From positions 2,739,518-2,803,517 of the forward strand of contig MU053810.1 in NCBI GenBank assembly GCA_013239625.1: a stretch of DNA of 64,000 nt, written 5' to 3'. Each line of letters opens with the position of its first letter. The first letter of the stretch is position 1. This stretch comes from Lama guanicoe. Its lineage: Eukaryota. The position numbers and the translations under genes are program-made. Below are positions 42,091 through 54,713 of the stretch, in pieces. The notes below the pieces were generated by a model. The model made no database searches and was not told where the DNA came from. It saw only the letters and a program-made list of their open reading frames with translations.

Positions 42091-43571
42091 ACTGTTTATA
42101 ATTATTAAAATGTTAGTACTTTATTTCTCCACTGTACTTTGTTCTAATCAGTTTTTAAGTTTTACTAAAATTCATGAGTTAACAGCTTCTTTTAGTTTCA
42201 TTGCTTGAATAATAATTACTAAATTATATATATATGACTTACATCTTATCTATATCATTTACTTATTAAATTATATAATATATACTACATGTATGTATTT
42301 AGTGTCTTTACAATTTTAAGTATTAGGGAGAGTCATGGGTGGAAAATGCCCCAAAAAACCCCATGAAAAACAAAAACCAGCTACTCCAGGTGGGTTAGCT
42401 AGAGAAGTGGCCTATTGTTGAGGATGTATATTTGGGGGGGAAATAGGTTTTTTTTTTTTTTTAGATCATTTGGGTTTAAAGCTTTTGCTGCTTTATGTTT
42501 TAAAACAGAACCAAATATTTTGCTTAGTGTTAGACAGGTGCCATAAATTGGTATTTTTATGAATGGTGCTCTGACAAAAAATGTCAATTGTGAGGAAGTT
42601 CATGCCGGGATAATCCTTTAAACATGATAGCTGGAGGACAGGTTTAGCTCAGTCTTCCTGCATCTCATTTGGGTACACTAAGGGTTTCTTTGTGGGATCT
42701 TGAAGAGGAGGGATAAAAGTTAAATCCTTGGGAAATGACCGTATGTGTCTGTACCAGCAGAATTGTGTTTTTTGAAGGCCCTGAGGGCATGTTAAACAAA
42801 CACAACTTTTTAATACGTAGAACTTTTAAAGTGTCCATCACCGCGGCATCACACAGCCGCTGTGCCATCTGTCAATTGAGAGGTCCGAGCTGTGGAAGGA
42901 GTGGGAAGGGTGTTTGAGATGAGGAGGCAGGACAGAAGCTGAGCCTGCGGGAGAGGATGCGCTTCCCTGGGAGCCGGAGCTGGGGTTGCGGTGCACACAC
43001 ACTGCCCCCTGCTGGGGGCGAGCAGATCCGCAGGCCGAGCGCTGGGCTCTGAGGGGCCTCGACCGCTTGCCTCTGGCCAGTGGCTCAATTGGTTAAGACC
43101 AAGCAGCAGACAAACCCTTGTGCTCTTCGTTGTGGCAAAAGATATTGGTGTGATTCTTTGCCATTTTAAATATGATTTTAATGAAAAATCATGGCAAACA
43201 CTTTGGATTGTTAATCAGGTTTTTATTTTGATGAAAACGGTCTTGTCATTTTTCTTTGAGAATGGAAATTGCCTGAACCCAGGTGGGTTTTGGGTTTTGG
43301 GTTTTTTTTTTTTTTTTGGTATGTGTCAGCAGCATTTCTAGACAGTATATCTATGACCAATATTCCTTTATACTTAAATATACCACAATATAGGTATAAA
43401 TACATTATGGTATATTTCTTTCTACATATAAATTTTGTAATAAAACCTAGTCATTTAGAAGTGCTTTACAGAATTTCTAATTTTTTAATTTTATTTCCAA
43501 AGTTATTGACACTTAAGTCCATAAAATACCTAGTCCTGTCTTTATTAAAAAATCATCCAAATGTTTGCTAG

Positions 43572-43760
43572 TTTTAGGAATGCTGAAGTCATTACACCAA
43601 CTTCAAGTTGAAAATCGAAGATTAGAGGAACAGATTAAAAACTTGACTGCCAAAAAGGAACGCCTTCAATTATTGAATGCACAGCTCTCAGTGCCTTTTC
43701 CAACAATAACAACAAATCCTAGCCCATCTCATCAAATGCATGCATTTTCAGCACAGAATG
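43572..43760 (+). CDS. MLLT10: MLLT10 exon (189 nt): leucine zipper of the DOT1L-binding OM-LZ region
   Basis: tttgctAG| acceptor, G|GTAAGT donor. Heptad repeat LKSLHQLQVENRRLEEQIKNLTAKKERLQLLNAQL. Confidence 0.97.
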
Positions 43761-44169
43761 GTAAGTATGAATTTATTGTGGTTCTGAGGAAAGTGAGATA
43801 GACTTTAAGTATCTTTTTTTATGATAAGTGAGTAATAACTGGTCACCAGTTGTATGAAGATGTAAAAAAGGAATGATAGGAGCATGAAGAATCCTGTTAA
43901 GTGATCAATTTGAATTTGCTCTAACTCTGTAGTACAGAATTTAATGATAAAATTTATTTAAGTATGTAATGATCTCTATTGATTTAAAGCCGTGGTATTC
44001 AATAGAGATATAGATTTTTCCATTTTAATTGGTCTTAAGAATGGCAAGATTTAATATTTAAGTGTTTTTAATGTGGGCTTCTGGATAAGCTTTTAGATAA
44101 GCCTTTAATCTTATACATAATGTAATTTAACGGGGTAAATAGGTTTCTTTTTGTCTTTTTCTGTTCTAG

Positions 44170-44258
44170 CTCCTACTACTGATTCCTTGAACAGCAGTAA
44201 GAGTCCTCATCTAGGAAATAGCTTTTTACCTGATAATTCTCTTCCTGTATTAAATCAG
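44170..44258 (+). CDS. MLLT10: MLLT10 exon (89 nt): (A)PTTDSLNSSKSPHLGNSFLPDNSLPVLNQ
   Basis: Strong polypyrimidine tract with ctAG|, CAG|GTAATT donor. In frame. Confidence 0.96.
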
Positions 44259-44392
44259 GTAATTTCGGTGTGGTTAGTTTAATTTGTGTGTTTTATTTAC
44301 GAACAATAGTGTATCATGTTAAATGGTTTAAAATTATTTTAAACAGTTTGCTGTGCTGTTTATAACTTAGTTCCTGTGCTTCCTTATGTTAG

Positions 44393-44754
44393 GACTTAAC
44401 CTCCAGTGGACAAAGCACCAGCAGTTCATCGGCTCTTTCTACTCCACCTCCTGCCGGGCAGAGTCCAGCTCAGCAGGGCTCAGGCGTTAGTGGAGTTCAG
44501 CAGGTCAATGGTGTGACAGTGGGGGCACTGGCTAGTGGAATGCAGACTGTAACATCCACCATCCCTGCCGTGCCTGGAGTGGGTGGAATAATTGGAGCTT
44601 TGCCAGGTAACCAACTGGCAATTAATGGCATTGTGGGAGCTTTAAATGGGGTTATTCAGACCCCTGTCACAATATCCCAGAACCCTGCCCCCCTCACCCA
44701 TACAACTGTACCACCTAATGCAACACATCCAATGCCAGCTACACTGACTAACAG
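44393..44754 (+). CDS. MLLT10: MLLT10 exon (362 nt): DLTSSGQSTSSSSALSTPPPAGQ...HPMPATLTN
   Basis: tatgttAG| acceptor, AG|GTAAGA donor. In frame, overlaps ORF 44513-44758. Confidence 0.96.
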
Positions 44755-45795
44755 GTAAGAAACTTAACTGTCTTTTGGGTTTTTTAGTGCAGCATGGTAC
44801 CAGTGCTGTCCAGGCTTTAGGCTGGGATTTTTTAATGTGTTCCTTGTAGATGTATTCTAAGAAATTAAAATCCACCAAGCTTTTAAACTAAATATATTAT
44901 GCCAAGAGCCATATATTTTTGAAACTTAAGTAATTCAGATTAAAAGAAAATTGTCACTTTTAGTAACAAAGCATTAAATACATTCTGTGCTGAAAATTTC
45001 AGTCTTGAGTTGTGGTGTCTGTTCTAAATGCTGATTTCTCTTACCCCTTGTATATTGCCTCCGTGTATCGTAAATTCTGGAGAAAAGTAATATTATAATG
45101 AAGATCACATATGAATATTGGTTTCTTAAAGTTCAGCTATGTAATCTTGTTAGCTTTATAGTCAAAGATTTTGATGTAAGATGAAGGTCAAGTATTTATC
45201 TTGAATTTGCAGGGAGTGAGACACTGTTTCATTGTACTAGAATTTCATTGAATGGCAAAGCCATGTTGTTATTGCACATACTTTTGAGGAAAAAGTCATT
45301 TTAAATGGATTTGCAGTGGATGCTAGTAAACTATTTCTTCTGACTCTCTTTTCATTATTGCTTAGTTTTACCGACCACTGGGACCATTTAAAAAAAGTTA
45401 GGTCAAGTCAATCAGTATGTTTGGTTTCTTACTTTGTTTTAAATATGTGTTATTTAGTGTGGGTTAAATTACCCTTGAATAATTAAAAATAAATTGTTAC
45501 ATGTGCATGTTTAATAACATGTATAAATTTCTATTCCACAAAACAACTTAGTGCCTGCTTGGTTTACCAAAGAAAAGGAAAACAAAACACTTCCAGACGA
45601 TGTGAATTCTTGTTTACCTGTGTGTGCGCAGTGAGAGAGAGAGAAATAATAACTTTGTACATCGTTGTTTCCATGAAGTGTTGTGCTTAGAAACTTAACT
45701 TATTAAACATCAAATTGAAAAATTGTCTTTTTTTAACAATGAAAAAAGCATTAAAGGTATACAGTAGAAAGTTAAGAATTTTCATCGTTTTTCAG

Positions 45796-45892
45796 TGCCT
45801 CAGGACTAGGATTACTTTCTGACCAGCAAAGACAAATATTTCTTCATCAACAGCAATTCCAGCAGTTGTTAAATTCACAACAGCTCACACCA
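45796..45892 (+). CDS. MLLT10: MLLT10 exon (97 nt): ASGLGLLSDQQRQIFLHQQQFQQLLNSQQLTP
   Basis: tttttcAG| acceptor, |GTAAGT donor. Gln-rich AF10 segment. Confidence 0.96.
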
Positions 45893-46049
45893 GTAAGTTC
45901 TTCCTTTTGATAATATTTGGTCTTTATTAGGAGCAGGTGATCCAAGCTATAATAGATAATCAGCGTGGGGTAGATTACCCACTTTGTGAAGTAACGTTAT
46001 GGGACGTGCAGTCCAAGAACAGTTTGTCTTGCTGTTTAGTGTCGTCTGT

Positions 46050-49000
46050 GACCCTGCACTGACCTGACGTTGATTCATGGACACACGGAGCGTGTGCTCT
46101 GGTGCTCCTGTATACACTGCTGAACCAGACTTTGTGTTGTCGTGCAGCTTTGTTCTGATAGGGGAAATGGATGACAAATAGTTACTTGCTGGTAGGGTGA
46201 GAACTGGGAAGGAAAATAAAGCAGGACCAGGGGATGGAGGACAGTTTGGGGAGCTGTTTCAGGTAGGATGGGCCAGGCGCTGCGCGGGCGACTTAAGCAC
46301 AGATCTGAATAAAAGTTGAAGGAGCATGACTTTTTGAGATGGGGCATGGAAGAGAAAACATGTTCAAGGTGGAGGGGCCAGCAGTTGTAAAAGACCTCAG
46401 CTGGGCATGTGTTTATGTTTCAAAGTAGAAGGAAGGCTGCGTGACTGCAGGGAGGGGGTTCGTGCGGAGGGGAGCCACCAGCCATCTGGAAAGGCGGGGG
46501 CTGCCTGGTTTGTCTGTCTGTGGCAGGGGGCTTAGGTTTATCACAAGGGTGATGGAAAAGCCATTGGTGATTTTTTTTTTTAAATCTTCCTTTATGGACA
46601 TTTTCAAGTGTACCAGAAGAAGAGAGTATAGCATACTGATTGCCTAGCTTTAATAATTATCCAGTTAAAAAATCTTACGTCATATATCTTCATTGTTTCC
46701 TTCAGGATTATTTTAAAGAATTAATTGGAGGGTTGTTGATGATGGCCATTCTGACAGGTGTGAGATAATGTCTCATTGCAATTTTGATTTGCATTTCCCT
46801 AATATTAGTGATGTTGACCAACTTTTCATGCTTCTGTTGGCCATCTGTGTTTCCTTTTTTGGAAGACTGTTCAGTTCTTCTGCCCATATTTTAAATGGTT
46901 TGGTTGGTTGGTTGTTTGCTTTTTAATTGAAGTACAGTTGATTTTTTTAAAAAAGGAATTAATTGGGCTTTGAACACAACAGTGACATGACAGTAATTCA
47001 CATTTTAAAAGATTAGTTTAGCTGCTGGGTGGAAACCAGTCTGTGTATGTTGAGGGTGGGGGTGGCAGCAAAAGTCCAAGCTGGGAAGCTCCTGGAGTGG
47101 CCCAGGGAGGAGCTGCTGGTGTCTCCATGATAAACGTAGTGGGAAACTGTCTGGGGCTGTGTATTTTGAAGATGGAACCAACCAGCCTGGTTTGTGGGAC
47201 TTTGCAGTTGGATGTTGGCTTTTACAGAGATTTGGAAGACTAAGACAAACAGCAGGTTTTAGGGAGAAAACAGTCTGTCATGACATACGAAAGTGAGTGT
47301 TTAGATGTTCAAGTGAGAGGTGGACTAAGCAGTTACGAGAGTCTGGAGTCCAAGGAAAGGAGGCAGTTGTAAATGGAAATTTGGGGTCATTGCTGCATAT
47401 GTGATGTTTAGATTCAGAAGATTTGATGAGATCAGTAGGGAATGAGGACTAATGTCTGAGCACTGAGCCCTGCACATCCTGGAAGAGGAGAGTAATCTAG
47501 TCAAGGATCTTGGGAAAAAGTGGCTAGTGAGTTAGGAGAGCCAAGAGTAGGGGCCTGGGTCCATGTGAGGAAAATGTTTCAAGACGGGAGGACTCAGTGG
47601 AGTGAGATGCTTTGGGTGGGACAGGTGGGAACTGCCCATTGGTGTTGGCTGTCCAGAGGTTTTTGAGAACAGGGTTTTGGTGAGAAGTGGAAAGCCTCAT
47701 TGGTTCGGAGGAAAATGGGAGGAGAGGGAATGAAGATGGAGTCTGGGCCACTGGAACTGTTTTGCTGTAAAAAGCAGAAATGGGCAACCAACGTTAGAAA
47801 GACATGGTCTCCGGGGTAGTTTCTGTTCATTCAGAAAAGGACAGCACGCCTGCGTGTTGACGGGGAGTTTTCTGGTGCAGGAGAGAGGAAGGGTGCAGGC
47901 CTTAGAGCTCCTCACGGGGGAGAGGAGCTGGGGGCAGCTTCCCCGTGATGAGGGAGGCACGGCGGGTCTTATGGTAGTAGGAAGCTCACTTCTCATGTTT
48001 CCAGTTTTTAAATTAGAATTGTAAGTAAAGTCACCAGCTGAGGGAGATAGGGACACTGGTTAGAGCAGGGAGAAGGTGTGGAGCAGGAGTCCCGGAGAAG
48101 AGGGAGAGAGAGCCAGGACAGGAGTGGCAGTGAGCAGCTCCTGTGCCAGGGCAGCACTGCTGAGGTCCCCGCCCCCGTCAGTCGCAGCAAGACCAGCTTG
48201 ACGAGGGGCAGCCTTTCCCTCAGCCTGTGCCTAGCACACCGCACAGTTAGACTGCCGCGGGACGCACTGTTTGATTAACTCAGGGTTTCTGCCTGTAATT
48301 TCTTTCTAAAATACATCCACCTACTTTCTTGCTTTAATCAAAAATACATCAAAGATGTCTGTTTTGATTCTGTATCATCATTTTCGCTGTCACTGTTCTT
48401 CCAGTGGTATGAAGATAGGTTGTATATAAATTCTTAAATGCTTACACTGAAATGTGATCTCTTACCTCTTGCTTCATCTTAATAGGAAGCACTGAAATTC
48501 AGTTTATTTGGGGTTCTTCCTGTTAATCAAGATTTTACTCTAATAATAGCACATACAGATTTCTCATTTCTTGAACATGGTTGATAAAGGAATTTTTAGC
48601 ATAAATTGTTGCTCAGAGACCATGAGGACTGAGTGGTTTAAATTCTTCTTCATCCTTCCAGCCATTGTTGTGGGCTGAGGCTTGTTCACGTACAAGCATC
48701 GGACTTTATATCACCAGGAACTGTATTAGGAGACACACTTACCTCTCCCATCTCAGGAAGAACTCTCCCTCGGCCCTCCTCTCCCACTGGCTGCTGCCTG
48801 GTGGTTCTGCCCGGCGTTTAGTCCTGTCAGTTTCCATCTTCATCTTACCTGACCTGATAACGGCGTTTGACAGAACCTGGTAACGGCTCCTCCTTAAAAT
48901 GCTTCTCTCCCTTTGCTCCCAGGATACCACTTTATCTTGGTTTTTAGCTCCCTTTCCTGGTTCCTCTTCTCCTCAGCGCCACTTACTTCAGAGTCCTAGA

Positions 49001-49665
49001 ATTCAGGATCTCCTCCAGCCGCGTAGCTTTAGGTGCCATCTAAGTGCAGACACTGACGTCTCAGCCCAGGCCTGTCTGAAATTTTAAACTCCTGTGTCCA
49101 CTGCTGTCTTGGTGCTGCCCCTTGGCTGTCATAATGGACAGTTCAGGCTTAACATGTCCTACCTGAACTGCTGATCCTCCACACGCCTTCCCTCTCCGTT
49201 GATACAGCTCCTCTCCTGACACCTCGCATTGACTCCATCAAGAAATCCTGTCAGGTTGTGTTGCTCCTCTGCTCAAAACTGCCTCTGCCTTCCCATGTTA
49301 CTTTGAGTTCTTGGCCGACACTGCAGGCCTCCATCCTGCCCTCGCTGCTCGCTGCCCTCCGCCCCCCGTCTCCTTCCTAGTCTTCTGTCGTGCTTGGTGC
49401 CCCAGCAATGGGTAGGGTTCCCCTCTGCCTGGAACCCCGAGTCTCCTCGAGGCTGCATCCAAGTGAGAGCCCCTGAGCACCCCACTTCTGCCAGACCCTG
49501 ACCCCTGGCAGTGATCACGTCCTCACGTTTCTTCCCTGCAGGATAGGCTGCCTAAGGGCAGGGATCCCCCCCCCCCCGACACCTCCATGTGTCTCGGGCA
49601 CTAAATATATGTCTCAGCACACAGTAAGTACTCAGGAATGCTTGCTGGGAAGAACAGTCTCATAA
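46050..49665. mobile_element. L2 remnants (minus ~46050-48150, plus ~48700-49665) with nested L1 fragments at ~46570-46950
   Basis: L2 motifs ggaaagccattgg and gagatcagtagggaatgag, L2 3' end cagcacacagtaagtactcaggaatgcttgctgg, and L1 text ggccattctgacaggtgtgagataatgtctcattg. Confidence 0.6.
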
Positions 49666-50065
49666 TCACAGGAGGAGAGCACTCTTTCTGTTGGCGTGAA
49701 CGAGAATTGTGGAAGTTACTTTAAGTTCCCAGAATTATGGGAAGGATTTCCCCGCACAGAGCATTCTAAAGCCAAACACAGGTCTCCTTGATGGTCAGGG
49801 GAAGCCTCACTGGAACAGGGGTCTCCTACGTTTGTTTGCCTGATTTGGAAGATGAGGACACTCACTGGTGATACTGAGATTGTGTAGTGAAGGGTCATTA
49901 CCTAGTGCGGCCTGTTCTCCAGATGAGATACTTACTGTCTTAGGGGTGTGACTTCGACTTCACTTAAGTACCTGATGTCAGAGTAATGAGAAGGGTGGAG
50001 GCAGGCTGTGCGGACTGCTGGGTCTGTGGCTGGGAACTCACCCTCTCCCACGTGTCTGACCTCAG

Positions 50066-50275
50066 GAGCAGCACCAGGCCCTTCTGTATCAGCTGGTGCA
50101 GCAGCATCACCACCAGCAGCACCACCAGCCTGATCTACAGCAGCTGCAGCTCCCGGCACCCACGCAGATTCCCATAAACAACCTGCTCGCAGGCACTCAG
50201 GCCCCCCCGCTTCACCCAGCCACCACCAACCCGTTCCTCACCATCCACGGCGACAGTACCAGTCAGAAGGTGACA
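50066..50275 (+). CDS. MLLT10: MLLT10 penultimate exon (210 nt), Gln/His-rich: EQHQALLYQLVQQHHHQQHHQP...GDSTSQKVT
   Basis: ctgacctcAG| acceptor, |GTAAGT donor. In frame, phase 0-0. Confidence 0.95.
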
Positions 50276-52063
50276 GTAAGTATCTGTGCTTTATTGTAGC
50301 TAGTGGAATCATCAGATGAATTTTATTGATAATCAGAGATGATTGTCTCCCTAGGCACTCTTTTTTTAAAAAATATATTATCCCCTGATAATTTCTTCTT
50401 AAAACCAGTTGTTTCAGCAGCTGGATATTGTAAACACAAAGAATTTAAGCCAATTTATATATCCCCTAAATGTATCAGTTTGAATTTGCACATAAGATTG
50501 GGAGACTGTTTTATAATTCAGCAGTTTTCAAAATGAAAATATGTTTTAGTTATCGTAAGTGGTACGGGACCATCCAATCAAAAGATAATAGTGGTGTTTT
50601 GAGAATCTTTGTCTAAGTGATTTGTTTAATTATAGAAATAGTCTAGACAATTCAGGAATATTTCTATTACTTTGCTCAGAAGTACTCTCTAAAACTGAAT
50701 TATATTTATAGTAAAATTAATATGTAAAGCTTAGGACAATACAGTTAGTCTGTCAGATAGAAAGTAAATCATAGTCACATTTGTAATGAAATTTAAGTTT
50801 TTTATTGATGTTGTGTGCTAGCTTCTTACTCTCTCAGTGTACAAGTTAAGATAAATAAGGATGGGTGCAGGAGCGGTGTACTGTACCTTATAGTCACACA
50901 CATTTTAAGGCTGTTTCTTTCTATTAATTCTCCCCTTCAATTAGGTCTACTTTACTGGAGTATAAATGTTTCCCCTAAATTCCAGTTCAGGGCAGAACCC
51001 TGTTAGAGGAAGGATATTGGGATGTAGAATGGAGACTGGACATCAGGAAAAGGAAGAAGGGAGAGAATGAGGTGGGAGACTTGGCAAATAATGGTGTTAA
51101 AAGTCACAATGTTTGCTCTTTCCCGTTACTTTGAAAGCTTGCTGTTTACTGTGCTTTTAGTCTTCAGAAACTTTAATTTGTTTTTAGTAACAAGAATTGG
51201 TTCAACGTATAGTGTTACTGGTTTTCATTACCTCTTCAGTGCTTTGTGTTTGACCTGTTGTTCCCCTGACTCCCTGACTGGGAATCACCACAAACCTAGT
51301 TGTGCTGACACGGGAAATCTCAGTGATTTTGCATTAATTTAGAATTTTTTTAACTGTTTTCTTTCCTCGTAAGTTTTTTCTTGTATTAAAGAGTGAATGA
51401 ATTACAAGCTTATAAGCGAACTTTCCCTGAGTTGTACAATATGAAATGTAATTTTTAGTGGAAAACCACAATAGTAAACACTATAAAATAAACAATATTA
51501 ATTACCTAATGGAAAAAAGCAAGGCTGGGAAATAATACTTATGAGTACCCCACAATGTGCAGGGCATCTTTGTTAGATATAACAATATATGTGGTTCCAA
51601 TCTTTAAAATAATAATAGGCTTGAACCCCCTTTTTTTTTTTTAAGTAGATTAGTAAAAGGATACTTAATAAAGAGGTTAACGTTCAAAGGACAAATGGCA
51701 CATGTGGGATCAGAACCCATGACTTTCTTAGTTCATTTTCCACACTACTGTGTCCCTACTTCTGTGGAAAAGTTAACTTGGGGGGGTGATTTTTATATTC
51801 ATTCCTTACGAGATTTCCCTCAGAGGGGCACATCTGTCTTTGTATACTGCTGAACTGAGTGTAAAGCAACTGAATGTTTGCCAGTAAATTCATGTCTTTA
51901 TATTGTGCTGAGGAGTAGCCATGCCAGCTTGTAGGAAAAAAAGGAATAATTATATATACCACCTTTTATCTCAGTTACAATTTCAGTTAAGAGGATATTA
52001 CCTCAAGTGTGGGCCAAAAATTGATTTCACTAATGCATCTGATTTTGCTTGCTTTAACTGCAG

Positions 52064-52108
52064 AGACTTAGTGATAAAACTGGGCCTGTTGCTCAAGAGA
52101 AAAGCTGA
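52064..52108 (+). CDS. MLLT10: MLLT10 terminal coding segment: RLSDKTGPVAQEKS*
   Basis: ctttaactgcAG| acceptor, TGA at 52106-52108. Matches the AF10 C-terminus as recalled. Confidence 0.96.
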   Translation, partial: RLSDKTGPVAQEKS

Positions 52109-53822
52109 CGCTTGAGAAGCGAGTAGAAATCGCCGGTCCTGCTGCTCTGCCCCCCCCCCCCCACCGGCTGCACCTGCAGCCTCTGTGCACCTGTGAAGAG
52201 ACGCAGCACGAAAACCACTGCACGACAAAGGGTTAACTGCCACACGCGCAGTCTTGTAAGGCTTTGGTTGATTTTCTTGCTTTGTTGCACTGAAACAGAA
52301 TTCTCATATCCCCCACCCCACCCAGATTTTTTGAACTTTGAAAAAGAATTAATAACTAACTTTTGTCAGTGAAATAATTTACATGCAATGAGTTTATCAA
52401 CCTAAGAGAAATTTAATATAATTGGTACACAACTAATTTTGTTACAAATTGGAGAGATGAATAGCAAAACTAAAGACTTATTCCATTTATAAACGATTTG
52501 ATTTTATTTGTACGAGTTGGAATATGAAATATGGTCTTTTGGGTTTTAGAATGCTTGCTCTGTGAGTCCAGTCTTAAAAAGAAATTTCAAGAAACTGTCT
52601 TAATTTCTTCTACTGGAATTTTATTGGTTAAATATTACAAATAAATAGGTCATCCACTGGGACTTGGCAATCTTTATTATAAAAATTTCCTTTCTAATAG
52701 GATTTGGCCAATTTTGGTAATCAAATTAGAATGGTAAATGTCTGCTTCTGCTAAAGATAATTTTCTTTTGCTAAATGCCTTTTCTTTGGTTTTAAGGCCT
52801 ACTCATATTTTAAGGAAACCTTGAGTTAAGCCAGTTCTAAGGCTGCTGGGGGAACCAGATCAATTCAAAGTGAAAGAGGGGCCACTCTGGAAACTGCTGG
52901 TAGGGTTTGGCCTGCATCAAGTGCCTGTTAGCACCTGCCTTGTGCTGAGAGGGCTCCGGACAGCTGAGCCCGCGTGCGTTAGTCCTTGCGAGTAGCGGGA
53001 GTAGTCGGTGTCGTACCAGCAGCCGTCCCCGTGGTTCTGCCTTTATTAAAAACTTACTATGCCACTGTAGGTAGCTCAGGCAAAACTATTACCTGGGTGT
53101 TTATCCACTAATGAGTCACAAGGAAAATGAATGGATTTGGTAAGAATTCTTTTTTGTTCTTAATTTAGACAACTTCCCATTATTGACAATGATTTCAAAC
53201 AAATAAAACAGGACTAAACCCACCACTACAGTTCCTGAAACAGGTGAAATCTGTATTACAGCCCTTCCATGTTGGGTAGCCCCGCTCCTGGTGCGACAGT
53301 ATGAGAGAGTATAAATTAAACAACTGGAGATGCAATCACTGAGCTGTTCTTAAATGTGTGAATTATTAGTGGAAAAGACCCAGCTGTAATTAGACCTCCA
53401 CTGTGTACTTAGCTGGAAGAACATGTTAATTCTGCAATATGTCTCTTGGTTAAACATTGCACAGTTCTTACCTCATTTCTGTAAATAAGGTTTTGTGAAT
53501 CTGTTTTGTATTGTGAAAAATTCATAAGATAACATTGATATTTTGATTTGTAATATTTCTAATTGGTAGATTTAATTGAAAAGTAAAATTAATTTATTTT
53601 TATATGTTCAGGGGAATTTTAAAGAAAGTCAAATCTTTTGTAGATAATTAAAAAAAATCGGTGTGGTTTATTTTACTTATTTAACCCACTGGTTGTTATT
53701 CTGTAACAATTTGTATAAATGGTAAATTTTGAATGTGTTGTTATTTTACTTAGATGTAAAATTCCACATGTATTAAAGAAAATGTACAGTTTTTGTTAAT
53801 AAAATTTAATAATGTTTATAAC
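52109..53822 (+). other. MLLT10: MLLT10 3'UTR (end approximate)
   Basis: Repeat-free and largely AT-rich sequence between the stop codon and the poly(A) signals, immediately followed by L1 sequence. Confidence 0.8.
53798..53803 (+). terminator. Polyadenylation signal AATAAA (with ATTAAA at 53772-53777)
   Basis: Canonical hexamer with several upstream TGTA elements and a downstream T-rich tract. Confidence 0.75.
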
Positions 53823-54598
53823 TCAGTGCCTTTTTTTCCAGTTTTATTAAGGTAGAATTGACATACAGCACTGTCTAAGTTTAAGATGTACAGCATAATA
53901 TATTTGACTTACATATATTGTGAAGTGATTACCACAGTAAGTTTAGTTAACGTCTGTCATCTCAGATACCAAAAATTCTGAGAACAACAACAAAAGTGTT
54001 TTCCTTGTGGTGAGAACTCTTAGGATTTACAAGTTTCCTGCATATCGCGCAGCAGAGTTAACAGTAGTCATTATGGTGTACCTTACAGCGCTGGTGCTTA
54101 TTTATCTTCTAACTGGAGGTGTGTGCCTGTTGGCCACCTTTGTCCAGTTCCCCTTCCCCCACCTCTTTTCTATGAGTTAGATTTCTTTTCTTTCTTTTTC
54201 TTTTTTAAAGATTCCACATATGAGATTGTACCGTATTTGTCTCTCTCTCGCTGACTGACTTCACTTAGAATAATGCTGCCAGGGTCCATCCATGTTGCCA
54301 CAAATAGGGTTTCCTTCTTTTTTAATGACTGAATAATATTCCATCATACATTATGTGTGTACACATGTACATATGTACGTACACACAGACCCCACAACTT
54401 CTTCATTAGTGGACATTTAAGTTGTTTTCCATGTTTTGGCTATTGTGAGTGATGCTGCTATGAACATGGAGGTATAGATATCTCTTTGACATGGTGTTTT
54501 TGTTTCCTTTGGATATGTTCCCAGAAGTGGGATTGCTGGATCAGATGGTAGATTGATAGTAGCCATTATAACAGGCATGAGGTAAGTACCTCATTGTC

Positions 54599-54713
54599 TT
54601 TTTTTTGTTTGTTTTTAATTTTAGACTTTTTTAAATGGAGGTACTGAAGATTAAACCTGGGACCTCGTGCATGCTAAGCATGCACTCTACCACTGAACTA
54701 TCCCCACCTCCCC
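54599..54713 (-). mobile_element. tRNA-derived SINE, Vic-1-like
   Basis: aatggaggtactgaagattaaacctgggacctcgtgcatgctaagcatgcactctaccactgaacta, with imperfect flanking repeat cattgtc. Confidence 0.88.

Noticed and set aside
49566..52162. Poly-C runs at ~49566 and ~52150 as functional G-quadruplexes
   Set aside because: They are simple homopolymers on the C-rich sense strand, with nothing supporting function, and their lengths are prone to assembly error.
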